64,000 bases of DNA. Source: Bradymonadia bacterium. Lineage in GTDB: Bacteria > Myxococcota_A > Bradymonadia > UBA7976 > UBA1532. The notes under the pieces are model-generated. The model was given only the letters and a program-made list of their open reading frames with translations. It ran no database searches and was not told the DNA's origin. The DNA lies in NCBI GenBank assembly GCA_046290225.1, contig JBKAGE010000075.1, positions 256,001-320,000 on the forward strand. Direction: 5' to 3'. Every line of letters begins with the position of its first letter. Position 1 is the first letter of the stretch. Made by a program: the position numbers and the translations under genes. Shown piece after piece: positions 47,237 through 57,749 of this stretch.

Positions 47237-48826
47237 ATGAGCCACCTCCTCCGGCCCCTCACCTCCAGGCTGCCTCTCCTGGCCCTGTTGCTGTGCCTCC
47301 TCCCCGCCTTGACGCCCTCTGTGGCTCAGGCCCAGATGGAGCTCGAGACCATCAACCTCAGGGAAGATACCGAGGCCCAGGCCGATCTCGACGAGGCCCT
47401 GAAGTCCTACAAGAAGAGGAACTTCTTGCGCGCGAGCTTGTTGCTGCACCGAATCGTGAGCGGCAGCGAGGTCGCGGTGACCCCGGTGCAACAGAAAGCC
47501 GAGTACACGCTCGGCAAGACGATGTACCGCCTCGGGCTGTTCCAGGCGTCGCTCAACTACTTCACCCGGGTGGTGCAGGCCGGTCGCTCACACCGGTACT
47601 TCAAAGCCACCTGCAAGTGGCTCTACTACCTGTCCCGCAAGCTCAGTGGTGATCCGGCGCTCTTGGAGAAGATCGCCAAGTACACCCCTGACGACTGCCC
47701 TGCGGAGTTCCGCGACGAGCTGGGCTATCTGGTGGGGCAGTACCACTACAAGAAGGGGGCTCTGCAGAAGGGCCTCCAGCGTCTGAGCCAGATCAACCCC
47801 AACAGCCAGTACTTCCCGAAGGCGAAGTTCCTCGAGGGCATCAGCCATGTGCGCCTCGATCAGCCCAAGCCCGCCGTGGAGCGCTTCAAGGAGCTGCTCC
47901 GCGTCACCGCCACCAGCGACCTGCCTTCAGAGGATCTCAAATACTTCAACCAGCTGGCCATCATGAGCATGGCCCGGGTGTTCTACAGCACCGGACAGTT
48001 CGACCTCTCGGTGAAGTATTACGATCGGGTGCCTCTCGAGAGCGCCCTCTGGCTCGATGCATTGTTCGAGGCGAGCTGGGCCTTCTTCCGGCTCAACAAC
48101 CACGGGAAGTCCCTGGGTCATCTGCACACCCTGAACTCCCCGTTCTTCAGCGACGAGTACTACCCCGAGGCGCAGATCCTGGAGTCCGTGATCTTCTACG
48201 CCAACTGCGACTACGACCGGACCCTGGCCATCCTCGACGAGTTCCAGGTCATCTACGAGCCCCTGCGGGACGAGATCAAAGGCTACCTCGAGCGGTATGC
48301 CGATCCCGCCGAGTTCTATGCCTTCTTGCAGAAGATGCAAAAGGGTGGGGCCCGCCTGTCACCTCGCATCAACCAGATCGTCAGCGCCGCCAACCGCGAC
48401 AAGCAGCTGCGACGCATTGCCGCTTACGTGAGCGAGCTCGAGCGGGAGATCGCCCTCATCGAGAAGTCGAAGTCGAGCTGGTCCCGCAGCTCTCTGGCTC
48501 AGGGCATCATCCAGGACCTTACCGTCACCAAGGATCTGGCGGTGTACGAGGCCGGCCGCCTGGCCAAAGATCGCCTCAAGCGCGTGGTGAGCGAGCTGAA
48601 CGAGCTGATCAGCCAGAACCTCAAGATCAGGTTCGAGGTGGCCTCTGCCCGCAAGGGCGTGGTGGAGAATCGCCTCAACAAAGAAGGCTTCGCCAACAAG
48701 GCGGGCCGTGCTGGCCCGAACTACGCCACTGACGATGAGCACATCTACTGGCCCTTCAACGGGGAATACTGGCGCGATGAGCTCGGCTACTACGTGTACA
48801 CCATCCAGTCGGAGTGCCGTCGATGA
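47237..48826 (+). CDS. gltC: GltC-like periplasmic TPR gliding motility protein
   Basis: Signal peptide, TPRs, LFEASWAFF..LGHLHTLNSPFF..YPEA and terminal DEHIYWPFNGEYWRDELGYY..SEC. Confidence 0.8.
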   Translation: MSHLLRPLTSRLPLLALLLCLLPALTPSVAQAQMELETINLREDTEAQADLDEALKSYKKRNFLRASLLLHRIVSGSEVAVTPVQQKAEYTLGKTMYRLGLFQASLNYFTRVVQAGRSHRYFKATCKWLYYLSRKLSGDPALLEKIAKYTPDDCPAEFRDELGYLVGQYHYKKGALQKGLQRLSQINPNSQYFPKAKFLEGISHVRLDQPKPAVERFKELLRVTATSDLPSEDLKYFNQLAIMSMARVFYSTGQFDLSVKYYDRVPLESALWLDALFEASWAFFRLNNHGKSLGHLHTLNSPFFSDEYYPEAQILESVIFYANCDYDRTLAILDEFQVIYEPLRDEIKGYLERYADPAEFYAFLQKMQKGGARLSPRINQIVSAANRDKQLRRIAAYVSELEREIALIEKSKSSWSRSSLAQGIIQDLTVTKDLAVYEAGRLAKDRLKRVVSELNELISQNLKIRFEVASARKGVVENRLNKEGFANKAGRAGPNYATDDEHIYWPFNGEYWRDELGYYVYTIQSECRR

Positions 48827-51800
48827 CCCTGCCTTCGTCTTCTCGCCCGGTGTCCACCCGCCTTCGCGCCCCGAGGGGCCTGTCGCGGTTGTGGATCACC
48901 GCCCTCGCTCTGCTCTGTGCGGTACCTGCAGCTCAGGCCCAGCAAAAGAAGCAGAAAGTGGAGATCAAGGCTGAGGAGATCCCTGACGTTCCTCGCCGCA
49001 AAGCCCCCAAAGACGCCGGCCAGAAAGCGCCGCGTTTGCAGGGAGAGCGTTTCGTACGAGGGAGCAGCAAATCCTTCGACAAGCGTGCCGAGGCCAACTG
49101 GCAGGAAGCCTTCCGTCTCCTGCAGAAGCTCATCGAAGAGACCCCCGACAGCGATCCTGCGAAGCCCGAGCTCTACTTCCGTTTGTCGGAGATGTACTGG
49201 CAGCGCTCCGCCGCCATCAAGCTGAGGGCCTTCGACATCGAGGCGGCCTGCCTTGAGCGGGCCAGCAGCCCCGCGGTGGAGCAGCAGTGTACAGCCCAGC
49301 GTGAGCAAAACCTGCAGGCCTCGGTGCAGTACCGTGACCAGGCCATCGAGACCTACAAGACCATCGTCCGCACGTATCCGACCTTCCCTGGTCTGGACAA
49401 CGTGCTCTTCGCGCTGGCTTACAACTATCAACAAAAGAGTCAGCCCGAGGCGGCGAAGAAGATCTACGCCTCGCTGATCCGTCGGTATCCACAGTCGCCC
49501 CGCATCCCCGACACCTTGCTCAACCTCGGGGAAATCCTCTTCGACGCCGGCAACGTCAGGCAGGCGTTGAAGGCTTACATGAAGGTGACCGACAACTACA
49601 CCGACGCCGGTGTGTGGCCTTACGCGATGTACAAGCGCGGTTGGTGTCACTTCAACCAGAACGACTTCCCAAACGCGCTGGCGTCGTTCATCAAGGTCAT
49701 TCAGTACGCAAACCAGAACCGAGGGCGGAACCGCATCGCCCTCAAGAAAGAGGCCCAGCGCGACCTGGTGAAGGTCTACGTGCGCATGAAGGAGGCGAAC
49801 CCGCAGAAGGCGCTGCCCTTCTTCAGGAAGCTCGCGCCGGAAGACTATCTCGATCTCGCCGAGGCCCTCGCCGAGCTGTACGGCATCACCGGGCAGTACG
49901 AGCGCTCCAACATGGTCTACCGTGAGCTGATTCGACTGCAGCCTTCGAGCTATCGGTCCGTCGGCCATCAAAAGCAGGTGGCGTTCAACACCCGCTCCAT
50001 GGGTCAGAACGCCAAAGAGACCATCATCGAGACCAAGCGCCTCGTGATCTTGTGGTCAAAGCTCAAGAACGCTCAGGATGCCGATCCCGAAAAATCCAAG
50101 GCTGACGGGGTGGCCATCGAGCTGCTGCTCCGAGGCATGTCCACCACCTACCACCGACAGGCGCGCCGTACGAAGTCCGACAAGGACTACGGCATCGCCT
50201 ATGCCCTCTACAAAGAGTACACCAACGCCTTCCCCAGCGGTGATCAGAGCTATGTGATGCACTTCTACTTCGGAGAGCTCCTCTTCGAGCTCAACCGATG
50301 GGAAGAGGCCGCCCGCACTTACGAGAAGGCCGTCGAGATCAACCCCCAGGGCGAGTACACCGAGAACGCCGCCCACGGCGCCGTGCTGGCGTACAAGAAG
50401 CTGCTCGATCTCGCCAACGAGCAGCCCAAGGGCGACGGCGCCAAGAAGCAGACCAAAAACGAGGTGCCCAAGGCGCTCCCGCTCACGGAGAACCACAAGC
50501 GCTTCATCAAGGCCTGCGACCTCTACTCGAAGTTCGTCAAAGAGTCGCAGTACCTCGTCGACATCGAGTACGACGCCGCCCGCATCTACTACGATCGCAA
50601 CCAGTTCGACCAGGCGATCCCCCGCTTCAAGAACATCAGCGAGAAGCACAGCAACCACCGGCTGGCGGTCTATGCCGCCAACCTGCTGCTCGACAGCTAC
50701 AACATCACCAAGGACTTCGACACGCTGAACAAGCAGGTCGACGTGTTCCTCAAGATCTACACGCCTCAGCGGGATCCTGAGTTCTACGCGCTGCTCACCA
50801 GCCTCAAGCAGCAGTCTTCGTTCAAGAAGTGCCAGGGCATCGAGTACAAGAAGGAGTACAAGCGGGCGGCGCGGTGCTTCCTCACCTACGCCGAGCAGTA
50901 CCCCAAGTCCGATTTCCGGGATAAGTCGTACTACAACGCAGCGTTGAACTTCGAGCGCGAGAAGGAGATGGAGAACGCCATCCAGGCCCGCTTGAAGCTG
51001 GTGAACAACTGCATCGGCAGCGAGCTGGTCCCCAAGGCCCTCTACAGCATCGCCGCCAACCTGCACGCTCTGGCCATCTACAGCCAGGCGAGCAAGTTCT
51101 ACGAGATCTACGCCCAGCGATACCCCGACAAGCAGGATGCTCGAGTGGCGCTTCAGAACGCCGCCGTGTTCCGCCAGGGCCTCGGTGACTACGACCAGGC
51201 CATCAAGGACTACACCACCTTCATGAAGATGGTGGGCTCGAAGAAGAAGGCGGCGAAGATCTACTTCAACATGGGGCTGATCTTCGAGAAGCAGTCACAG
51301 TGGAAGAAAGTCATCGACCACTACAACGCCTACTTGAAGAGCTACGCCGGCGGCGGCACCCCCGATCTGGCCCTCGAGGCCTATGTGCACGTGGGCAACG
51401 CTTACCTCAAGCTCAACAACCGCAGGGCCGCCGACAAGCAGTTCGCCACGGCCTACAAGACCTTCGCCAAGATGAAGGTGTCCCAGAAGAAAGCCCTCAC
51501 CAAGAAGGGCCTCAACGCCGTGGCAGAAGCGCGCTTCCAGATGGGTGAGGCGGTCTTCAACGAGTTCAACAAGGTGCAGCTGAAGGTGAAGCCCTACCGG
51601 AACGTGGGTCGCTTCGTGAAGGCCATGGGCGCCATCATCGCCAAGAAGACCAAGCTCATCGCCGAGGCCCGCGACATCTACGTGGAGGTGATTCAGTTCA
51701 AGTCTGCAAACTGGGCCATCGCCGCTTTGGCTCGCATCGGCCAGATGTTCCAGGGTCTCGCCGAAGACGTGTACAACGCCCCGGCTCCCCGGGTGTTCAA

Positions 51801-52071
51801 CGAGGAGCAGGTGGAGATCTTCAAGGGCCAGATGGCCGAGAAGGGCTCTGTGCTCGAAAGCAAGGCCGTCGAGGCCTACATCCGCACCCTGAAGAAGGCC
51901 CAGGAGCTCAACTGGTTCAACGAGTGGTCCGACCTCGTGGAGCGACAGCTCGCCAAGCTCAAGCCTGGTGAGTACCGCTACCCCGACGAGGTGCGCAGCG
52001 CCCCCACCTTCTTCGACGACAGCGCCATCAGCCGCGGCTTCATCGCCGAGCTGCCCACGGAGGGGAACTGA
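48823..52071 (+). CDS. gltD: GltD/AgmU-like large TPR gliding motility protein
   Basis: Signal peptide; KPELYFRLSEMYW, many TPRs, WAIAALARIG and WFNEWS; position between gltC and gltE. Confidence 0.8.
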   Translation: MTLPSSSRPVSTRLRAPRGLSRLWITALALLCAVPAAQAQQKKQKVEIKAEEIPDVPRRKAPKDAGQKAPRLQGERFVRGSSKSFDKRAEANWQEAFRLLQKLIEETPDSDPAKPELYFRLSEMYWQRSAAIKLRAFDIEAACLERASSPAVEQQCTAQREQNLQASVQYRDQAIETYKTIVRTYPTFPGLDNVLFALAYNYQQKSQPEAAKKIYASLIRRYPQSPRIPDTLLNLGEILFDAGNVRQALKAYMKVTDNYTDAGVWPYAMYKRGWCHFNQNDFPNALASFIKVIQYANQNRGRNRIALKKEAQRDLVKVYVRMKEANPQKALPFFRKLAPEDYLDLAEALAELYGITGQYERSNMVYRELIRLQPSSYRSVGHQKQVAFNTRSMGQNAKETIIETKRLVILWSKLKNAQDADPEKSKADGVAIELLLRGMSTTYHRQARRTKSDKDYGIAYALYKEYTNAFPSGDQSYVMHFYFGELLFELNRWEEAARTYEKAVEINPQGEYTENAAHGAVLAYKKLLDLANEQPKGDGAKKQTKNEVPKALPLTENHKRFIKACDLYSKFVKESQYLVDIEYDAARIYYDRNQFDQAIPRFKNISEKHSNHRLAVYAANLLLDSYNITKDFDTLNKQVDVFLKIYTPQRDPEFYALLTSLKQQSSFKKCQGIEYKKEYKRAARCFLTYAEQYPKSDFRDKSYYNAALNFEREKEMENAIQARLKLVNNCIGSELVPKALYSIAANLHALAIYSQASKFYEIYAQRYPDKQDARVALQNAAVFRQGLGDYDQAIKDYTTFMKMVGSKKKAAKIYFNMGLIFEKQSQWKKVIDHYNAYLKSYAGGGTPDLALEAYVHVGNAYLKLNNRRAADKQFATAYKTFAKMKVSQKKALTKKGLNAVAEARFQMGEAVFNEFNKVQLKVKPYRNVGRFVKAMGAIIAKKTKLIAEARDIYVEVIQFKSANWAIAALARIGQMFQGLAEDVYNAPAPRVFNEEQVEIFKGQMAEKGSVLESKAVEAYIRTLKKAQELNWFNEWSDLVERQLAKLKPGEYRYPDEVRSAPTFFDDSAISRGFIAELPTEGN

Positions 52072-53372
52072 TGCATCTGCTCGGCACAGCACGACGGCTC
52101 ACCGGTCTCGGCGTAGGCTTGGCCCTCAGCATGGGCGTCACCGCCTGTGGTGGTGGTGGTCAGGTCAAGCCTGATCCCGAAGGGGAGTTCACCGCCCCCG
52201 GTGACACCCCCAAGCGCGCCCCTGTGAAGGTGGAGGCCAAGGCGGCCTTTGCCAACGCCGCCCGTCAGTACGCCACGGCCCCCCAGGCCCGGAACTACGA
52301 CGCCATCGAAGGTCAGCTGCAGTCCGCCATCGACGAAGACGAGAAGCTCGTCGAGGCGTACTACAACATGGGGCTGCTCAAAGAAGAGCAGGGCGATCTC
52401 GGTGCCGCGGCGTCGTGGTACGAGAAGGCCGTAGAGTCTGACCCCAACTTCGGAGAGGCCCACGTCAAGCTGGCGCTGCTCGCGGAGAAAGAAGGCAACC
52501 GGGGCAAGGCGCAGCAGCGTCTGCAACAGGCCCTCAAAGCGGAGCCTCTCAACGGCTCGGCCAACTTGAACCTCGCCATCGAGGCCAAGAACCGCAAGCA
52601 GTTCGCCGAGGCCGTGAACCGGGTGCGCAAGGCGCTCCAGCACGACAGCCAGAACATCAGGGCCTATGAGGTCCTTGCCCGCATCTACTACGATCTCGGC
52701 AAGTACGATCTCGCCCGTCTGGTGTGCGCCAACGCTTTGAAGATCGACAAGGGGGCGGCCTCGATTCACAACACATTGGGCCTCGTCTACCTGAAGCTCG
52801 ACGATGTGACCCTGGCGCTCAACGCCTTCAAGCAGGCTGTGAAGCACAACCCCCGGTTTATCCCCGCGTACATGAACATCGGGGCCATCACCTTCAACTA
52901 CCGGGATTACGAGGCCAGCTACCGCGCCTTCGACACCGTGCTCAAGCTCGATCCCGATCAGACCATGGCCATCATGTCCCGTGCGGTGGCCGCCCGTGGG
53001 CTCAAGCGGTACGAAGAGGCCGAGAAGGGGTACAAGGCGGTCATCGCCAAAGAAGAGCGCAACGCCGGCGCCCACTTCAACCTGGGCATCCTCTACCAAG
53101 AGCACATGCAGCGCCTCGACGAGGCTCAGGTGTCGTTCCAGAACGTGCTCAAGTTCGAGCAGAAAGACGCTGCGCTGCGCAAAAAGGCCTCTCAGCGTAT
53201 CCAGCAGGTCCGCATCCAGATTCAGAACATGAAGGAAGCGGAAGAGATGATGCGAGAAGAGAAGGCTCAAGAAGAGCGAGAGGCCGCCGCGGCGAAGGCC
53301 AAAGCCGAAGCGGCCAAGAAGGCCAAGCCTGCCCCTGCCAAGCCCCCTGCACCAAAGAAGCCCGGCAGCTGA
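52071..53372 (+). CDS. gltE: GltE/AglT-like TPR lipoprotein
   Basis: Lipobox VTAC; TPR array (AYYNMG, IHNTLG, AYMNIG, AHFNLG); charged C-terminal helix. Confidence 0.8.
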   Translation: MHLLGTARRLTGLGVGLALSMGVTACGGGGQVKPDPEGEFTAPGDTPKRAPVKVEAKAAFANAARQYATAPQARNYDAIEGQLQSAIDEDEKLVEAYYNMGLLKEEQGDLGAAASWYEKAVESDPNFGEAHVKLALLAEKEGNRGKAQQRLQQALKAEPLNGSANLNLAIEAKNRKQFAEAVNRVRKALQHDSQNIRAYEVLARIYYDLGKYDLARLVCANALKIDKGAASIHNTLGLVYLKLDDVTLALNAFKQAVKHNPRFIPAYMNIGAITFNYRDYEASYRAFDTVLKLDPDQTMAIMSRAVAARGLKRYEEAEKGYKAVIAKEERNAGAHFNLGILYQEHMQRLDEAQVSFQNVLKFEQKDAALRKKASQRIQQVRIQIQNMKEAEEMMREEKAQEEREAAAAKAKAEAAKKAKPAPAKPPAPKKPGS

Positions 53373-53578
53373 GCCTCAGCGCCGGAATCCATCTTCTCTG
53401 GCGCCATCCCTCAGACCTGCGCGGAAGCGCACCTCAAGTCCTGTTTCCAGGGCAAAAATTCAGAAAAATGGGTTTTTGGGGAACTTTCGTCACCGGCGGC
53501 GTTCCAAGTCATCGCTGACGTGTACCTTCGGCAGACGACAGCAGGTGCTGAGAGATCACAGCGGGATCGCACAGAATG

Positions 53579-53594
53579 TGTGATGCTGATCACA
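53579..53594. promoter_or_regulatory. CRP-type operator upstream of gltF
   Basis: TGTGA-TGCTGA-TCACA, a perfect TGTGA-N6-TCACA core, in a ~410-bp intergenic region. Confidence 0.55.
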
Positions 53595-53787
53595 GACTTC
53601 GATGGCCAGCGACGCCATCTGCGCCTATACTGTGAGGCGCATGTGTCCTCGAAGACCCATAGCCTGTTCGGCATGGGCTCTCGGAGTCACAGCACCTGTA
53701 CCCATGAGGGGGCCCATGACGGGTGTCCCCCAAAGAGGGTGGCCCCGCCGAGGGGGACACTGAGTGTCAGTGAGGAGAAGACTGGAT

Positions 53788-54117
53788 ATGTGCACAGGAC
53801 CCCGGACCATCCGCATCAGCGCCAAAGCGCTGGCCGCCAGCCTGGTCACGGCAGGTATGTTGATCGCCGGCAGCGCCGCCGCTCAGCAGCCCCCGCCCAA
53901 TGCCGGGCAGGGTGAGTACGTTCAGGATCCCAACAACCCCAACGTCTTCTACAAGAAGAAGACCGAGTACGACTTCGAAGACGACGTCGTCGAGGGGTCG
54001 TTCGTGCGCCCCGAGGGTGAGTTCATCGACGTCCGTCGTGGTACTCGTCAGTCCAGCTTGATCAAGATTCGAGAGAACTTCGTGCCCGAGATGCTCAAGT
54101 CCGCCGAGGACATCTGA
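53788..54117 (+). CDS. gltF: GltF/CglF-like small secreted gliding motility protein
   Basis: Signal peptide; YKKKTEYDFEDDVVEGSFVRPEGE..SLIKIRENFVPEMLKS; GAGGAG RBS. Confidence 0.85.
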   Translation: MCTGPRTIRISAKALAASLVTAGMLIAGSAAAQQPPPNAGQGEYVQDPNNPNVFYKKKTEYDFEDDVVEGSFVRPEGEFIDVRRGTRQSSLIKIRENFVPEMLKSAEDI

Positions 54118-54175
54118 GCGTCAACACTGAGCATCACCTCATCTGAGCCCAACTCAACCCAGGAGAGCGGCCCCC

Positions 54176-55999
54176 ATGGAAACCAACGTCCCGGTTCAGT
54201 TCGACATCTACCAGGGCGACCGTCTGGTTCGGACTGAGATTCTCACCGAGCGCACGATCAAGATCGGCAAGCTGTCGTCGTCGCACGTGCGCCTCGATGA
54301 CGAGTCGGTCTCGCGCATGCACGCCGTGGTCGAGGTCAGTGGCCCCGACAACGTGGTGCTGCTCGATCTCGGCAGCGCTCAGGGCACCTTCGTCAACGGC
54401 GAGCGCATCACCAAGCGTCTCCTGACCACCGGCGACCAACTCCAGGTGGGTGAGATCCGGGTGGTGGTGAAGATCTCGGGCCAGCGGGTACAGCAGGCGG
54501 CCCCTGCCGCTGCTGCACCTGCAGGGCACACCGGTCAGCCTGCCGCCGCGGTACAGGCCGCGGTCATGCAGCGTGCTGTACCGCTCTTCGACGAAGAAGA
54601 GGAAGATCGCGGTGGTCCTCGGGCCCTCGAGGTCCTCGCCATGTGGGGCAACACGGTGCTCGACGTGCGCCACTACTCCGAAGAGGGCGTCTACACCGTG
54701 GGCCAGAAGGCTGGGGTGTCCCACTTCGTCAGCCCCGAGGCTGTGCCCGACGACCCTTACCCGCTCGCCCGTACCGACGGCTCCGACATGGTGGTGAACC
54801 TGCCCCAGGGGGCCCAGGGCGAGGTCATGCTCGACGGGCAGGTCTACGCCCTCGACGATCTGCGCAGCGCTGGCAAGCTCGGCAAGAGCGCCGACGCCCC
54901 CAACAGCCTCACTCTGCGGCTGCCACCTCGGGCCCGGTGTCGCCTCGCTCTCGGTGAGCTGACCTTCCTGATCAACTCGGTGCCTGCCGCTCAGAAGGTG
55001 GCGCCGATGCCCTGGTATCGGCAGTTCGACAAGCAGATTGTCACCTATGTGCTCGCCTCTGCGGTGTTGCACCTGGTGTTCAAGGGGGTCATCGGCATGA
55101 TCCCCGACGATGCGCGCGATTTGAACCTCGACGCCTTCGACATGTCCGACCGCTGGGTGGAGTTCATCCTCAAGCCCGAGAGCGAGCAGGTTGAAGAGAA
55201 GAACGTCTTCGACCTCAAAGAAGACGAGGGCAAGGCTGCGGAGAAGGCCCGGGAAGAAGAGGGCAAGGCGGGCAAGAAAGACGCTGAGTCCACCAACAAC
55301 CGCATGGCCATCGAGGGCCCCAAAGATCAAGAGACCATCGAGCTGGCCCGTGAGCGACAGAAGAAGATCGCCATCCAGGCCGCCGACGCCACCTTCGAGC
55401 AGCTCGACAACGAGTTGAGCTCGGTGTGGGGCACCCAGGACCGCGCCATCGGCAACGACGCCGTCACCGCTCTGGGCAACATGTTCGGTGATCAGGTGGG
55501 CGAGTCCGAAGGCCTCAACGGCCTCGGCGTCGCCGGCATGGGTCGCGGCGGCGGCGGGTTCAGCGAGAACTCCCTCGGTGTCGGCCGTATGGGCACCAAG
55601 GGGCGCGGCGGTGGTGGTGACGCGGGCTATGGCCGTGGGGTCAGCCGTGTGGGCCGTAAGAAGCTCAAAGAGCCCAAGGTCATCCCCGGCAACCCGATCA
55701 TCAACGGCTCACTCGATCCGGAGATCATCCGCAGAATCATCCGGCAGCACCGGTCCGAGTATCAGTACTGCTACAGCAAGCAGCTGCAGGTGAAGCGAGA
55801 TCTCGCCGGTAAGATCAAGGTGAAGTTCACCATCTCGGGCACCGGTCAGGTCATCGCCGCCAAGGTCATGGAGACCACCATGAACGATGCCGCGGTGGAG
55901 CGTTGCCTGATCGGGAAGATCAAGCGCTGGCGTTTCCCAGAGCCCAAGGGGGGTGGCATCGTGGTGGTGAAGTACCCCTTCGTCTTCAAGGCCAGCTGA
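54176..55999 (+). CDS. gltG: GltG/PglI-like FHA - TM - TonB-C gliding motility protein
   Basis: IKIGKLSSSH..DESVSRMHAVVE..DLGSAQGTFVNG FHA; TM with S..LH; Gly-rich region; GSLDPEIIRRII..YCY..WRFPEPKGGGIVVVKYPFVF. Confidence 0.87.
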   Translation: METNVPVQFDIYQGDRLVRTEILTERTIKIGKLSSSHVRLDDESVSRMHAVVEVSGPDNVVLLDLGSAQGTFVNGERITKRLLTTGDQLQVGEIRVVVKISGQRVQQAAPAAAAPAGHTGQPAAAVQAAVMQRAVPLFDEEEEDRGGPRALEVLAMWGNTVLDVRHYSEEGVYTVGQKAGVSHFVSPEAVPDDPYPLARTDGSDMVVNLPQGAQGEVMLDGQVYALDDLRSAGKLGKSADAPNSLTLRLPPRARCRLALGELTFLINSVPAAQKVAPMPWYRQFDKQIVTYVLASAVLHLVFKGVIGMIPDDARDLNLDAFDMSDRWVEFILKPESEQVEEKNVFDLKEDEGKAAEKAREEEGKAGKKDAESTNNRMAIEGPKDQETIELARERQKKIAIQAADATFEQLDNELSSVWGTQDRAIGNDAVTALGNMFGDQVGESEGLNGLGVAGMGRGGGGFSENSLGVGRMGTKGRGGGGDAGYGRGVSRVGRKKLKEPKVIPGNPIINGSLDPEIIRRIIRQHRSEYQYCYSKQLQVKRDLAGKIKVKFTISGTGQVIAAKVMETTMNDAAVERCLIGKIKRWRFPEPKGGGIVVVKYPFVFKAS

Positions 56000-56192
56000 C
56001 GACCACCCCGATCTCCTGAAATTCCCGCCTCTGCCCCACTTTCTGGGGAACTTTTCTGCACCATCGTGTTCCAACCCAGCGTCGAGGGCATTCGCCCTGG
56101 GCTGATACGCATATTTCGATGTCCATGATCCACTGAGCCCTCTGTATGTGACTCAGTGTGTCGCAACAGACTCGTGCTGGGTTGGGTGTGTG

Positions 56193-57653
56193 ATGGAAAC
56201 GTATATCTCTGATCAGAGTACAGCTGCTGGTGATGAGGATCGTCGTTTCGATGAACTCGACGATACGCTGGAAGACAACCACGCCCACCAGATCCTCGAG
56301 GTGATGGCCTTGTGGGGTCAGACCGTGCAGGACGTGCGCCATTTCGACGAGGCGGACGTCTACACCGTTGGGCAGGCGGAAGGGGTCAGCCACCCCGCCG
56401 ACGCCGACCTGTTGCCCGAAGATCCGTTTCCCCTCGCCGAAAGTCGGGGCGGGCAGCGCCTGATTCATCTGCCTCTCGGGGTACAGGGTGAGGTGATGGT
56501 AGACGGAGACATCTTCACCCTCGATGACCTCAGATCAGCAGGGCGTCTACAGAGTCGGGCCCACGGCGGGCACACCTTGCGGCTGCCCCCTAGAGCCAGG
56601 TGCAGGGTGCGTCTGGGTGAGCAGCACTTCTTGATCAGCTCTGTCGCGGCGGCGCCCAAGGTGAGCGCGGTGCCCTGGTGGAGGCGTCTCGATCGTCAGC
56701 TCGGAGGTTATCTGGTGGCCTCGGCGATCCTGCACTTCGTCTTCCATGGCGTGGTGGGCATGATCCCGAGTGAGGCCAGAGGGCTCAGCATCGAACACTT
56801 CGAACGACAAGACCGATACACCGAGATCATCGTGATGCCGGAGCACACGCCGGTGAAAGACGTCTTCAACGTAAAGTTGCCTGTGGAGGCTTCGCCCCCG
56901 GAAGCGGGCGGGGAAGGGGCTCCAGGGCTCGCAGGCGGTGAGACCGGCGCCGAGACACCTCGTCGCACGACGGTGAGGGGTAAACACAAGCGCCGGCGAG
57001 TGACGAAGGGTCCCGACCGACGAAAGGTCGCTCACCAGACGGCCCTGTCGGCCTTGCACGCCCTAGACGACAGCGGTGCGGGTCTCATGGGGCCCGAGGG
57101 GATTCTCATGGGCGAGGACGCCAGGGATGCGTGGGGGGCCATCGATGGTGAGCAGCCAGGGGAGAGCAAGGGCCTCGACGGGATGAGCATTCATGGCGTG
57201 CATCAGGGGGCCGACGGTCGAAAAGAAGAGAGCATGGGCGTGGGCCCTGTCTCCACCGATGGCTTCAGGAAAAACCCCCGCAAGTATCGCCGGGTCTCGC
57301 GTCTTGGCCCTCATCGCCCCGTGGAGCCCGAGGTCGTGCCCCTCAAGCCCACCGTCACTGGGCCCCTTGAGCAAGAGGAGATCCGCAAGGTGATCCGCCG
57401 GCACCGTGAAGAATACAAGTACTGCTATGAGCGCCAACTCCAGGCGCAGCGAGATCTCTCGGGGAAGATCAAGGTGAAGTTCGCCATCGGCGCCAACGGC
57501 AAGGTCATCGGCGCCAAGGTGTTGGAGAGCACCATGAACAGCCCCGAAGTGGAGCGTTGTCTGGTGAAGCGTATCCGACGCTGGCAGTTCCCTGCACCTG
57601 GTGGGGGGGCCACCGTCTTCGTCAAGTATCCTTTCGTCTTCAAGTCCATGTGA
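56193..57653 (+). CDS. Second GltG-like protein lacking the FHA domain
   Basis: Collinear similarity to 54176-55999 from LEVMALWG onwards, including the TM (ASAILH) and C-terminal WQFPAPGGG..VKYPFVFK. Confidence 0.82.
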   Translation: METYISDQSTAAGDEDRRFDELDDTLEDNHAHQILEVMALWGQTVQDVRHFDEADVYTVGQAEGVSHPADADLLPEDPFPLAESRGGQRLIHLPLGVQGEVMVDGDIFTLDDLRSAGRLQSRAHGGHTLRLPPRARCRVRLGEQHFLISSVAAAPKVSAVPWWRRLDRQLGGYLVASAILHFVFHGVVGMIPSEARGLSIEHFERQDRYTEIIVMPEHTPVKDVFNVKLPVEASPPEAGGEGAPGLAGGETGAETPRRTTVRGKHKRRRVTKGPDRRKVAHQTALSALHALDDSGAGLMGPEGILMGEDARDAWGAIDGEQPGESKGLDGMSIHGVHQGADGRKEESMGVGPVSTDGFRKNPRKYRRVSRLGPHRPVEPEVVPLKPTVTGPLEQEEIRKVIRRHREEYKYCYERQLQAQRDLSGKIKVKFAIGANGKVIGAKVLESTMNSPEVERCLVKRIRRWQFPAPGGGATVFVKYPFVFKSM

Positions 57654-57749
57654 CGTCTCCATTTCACTCACGGGTTGACGCCTCGGAACACACGGTGATA
57701 CGTCCACTGCAGTGGTCGATTTCTCCCCCAACGTGATCCTGGAGGCCTG

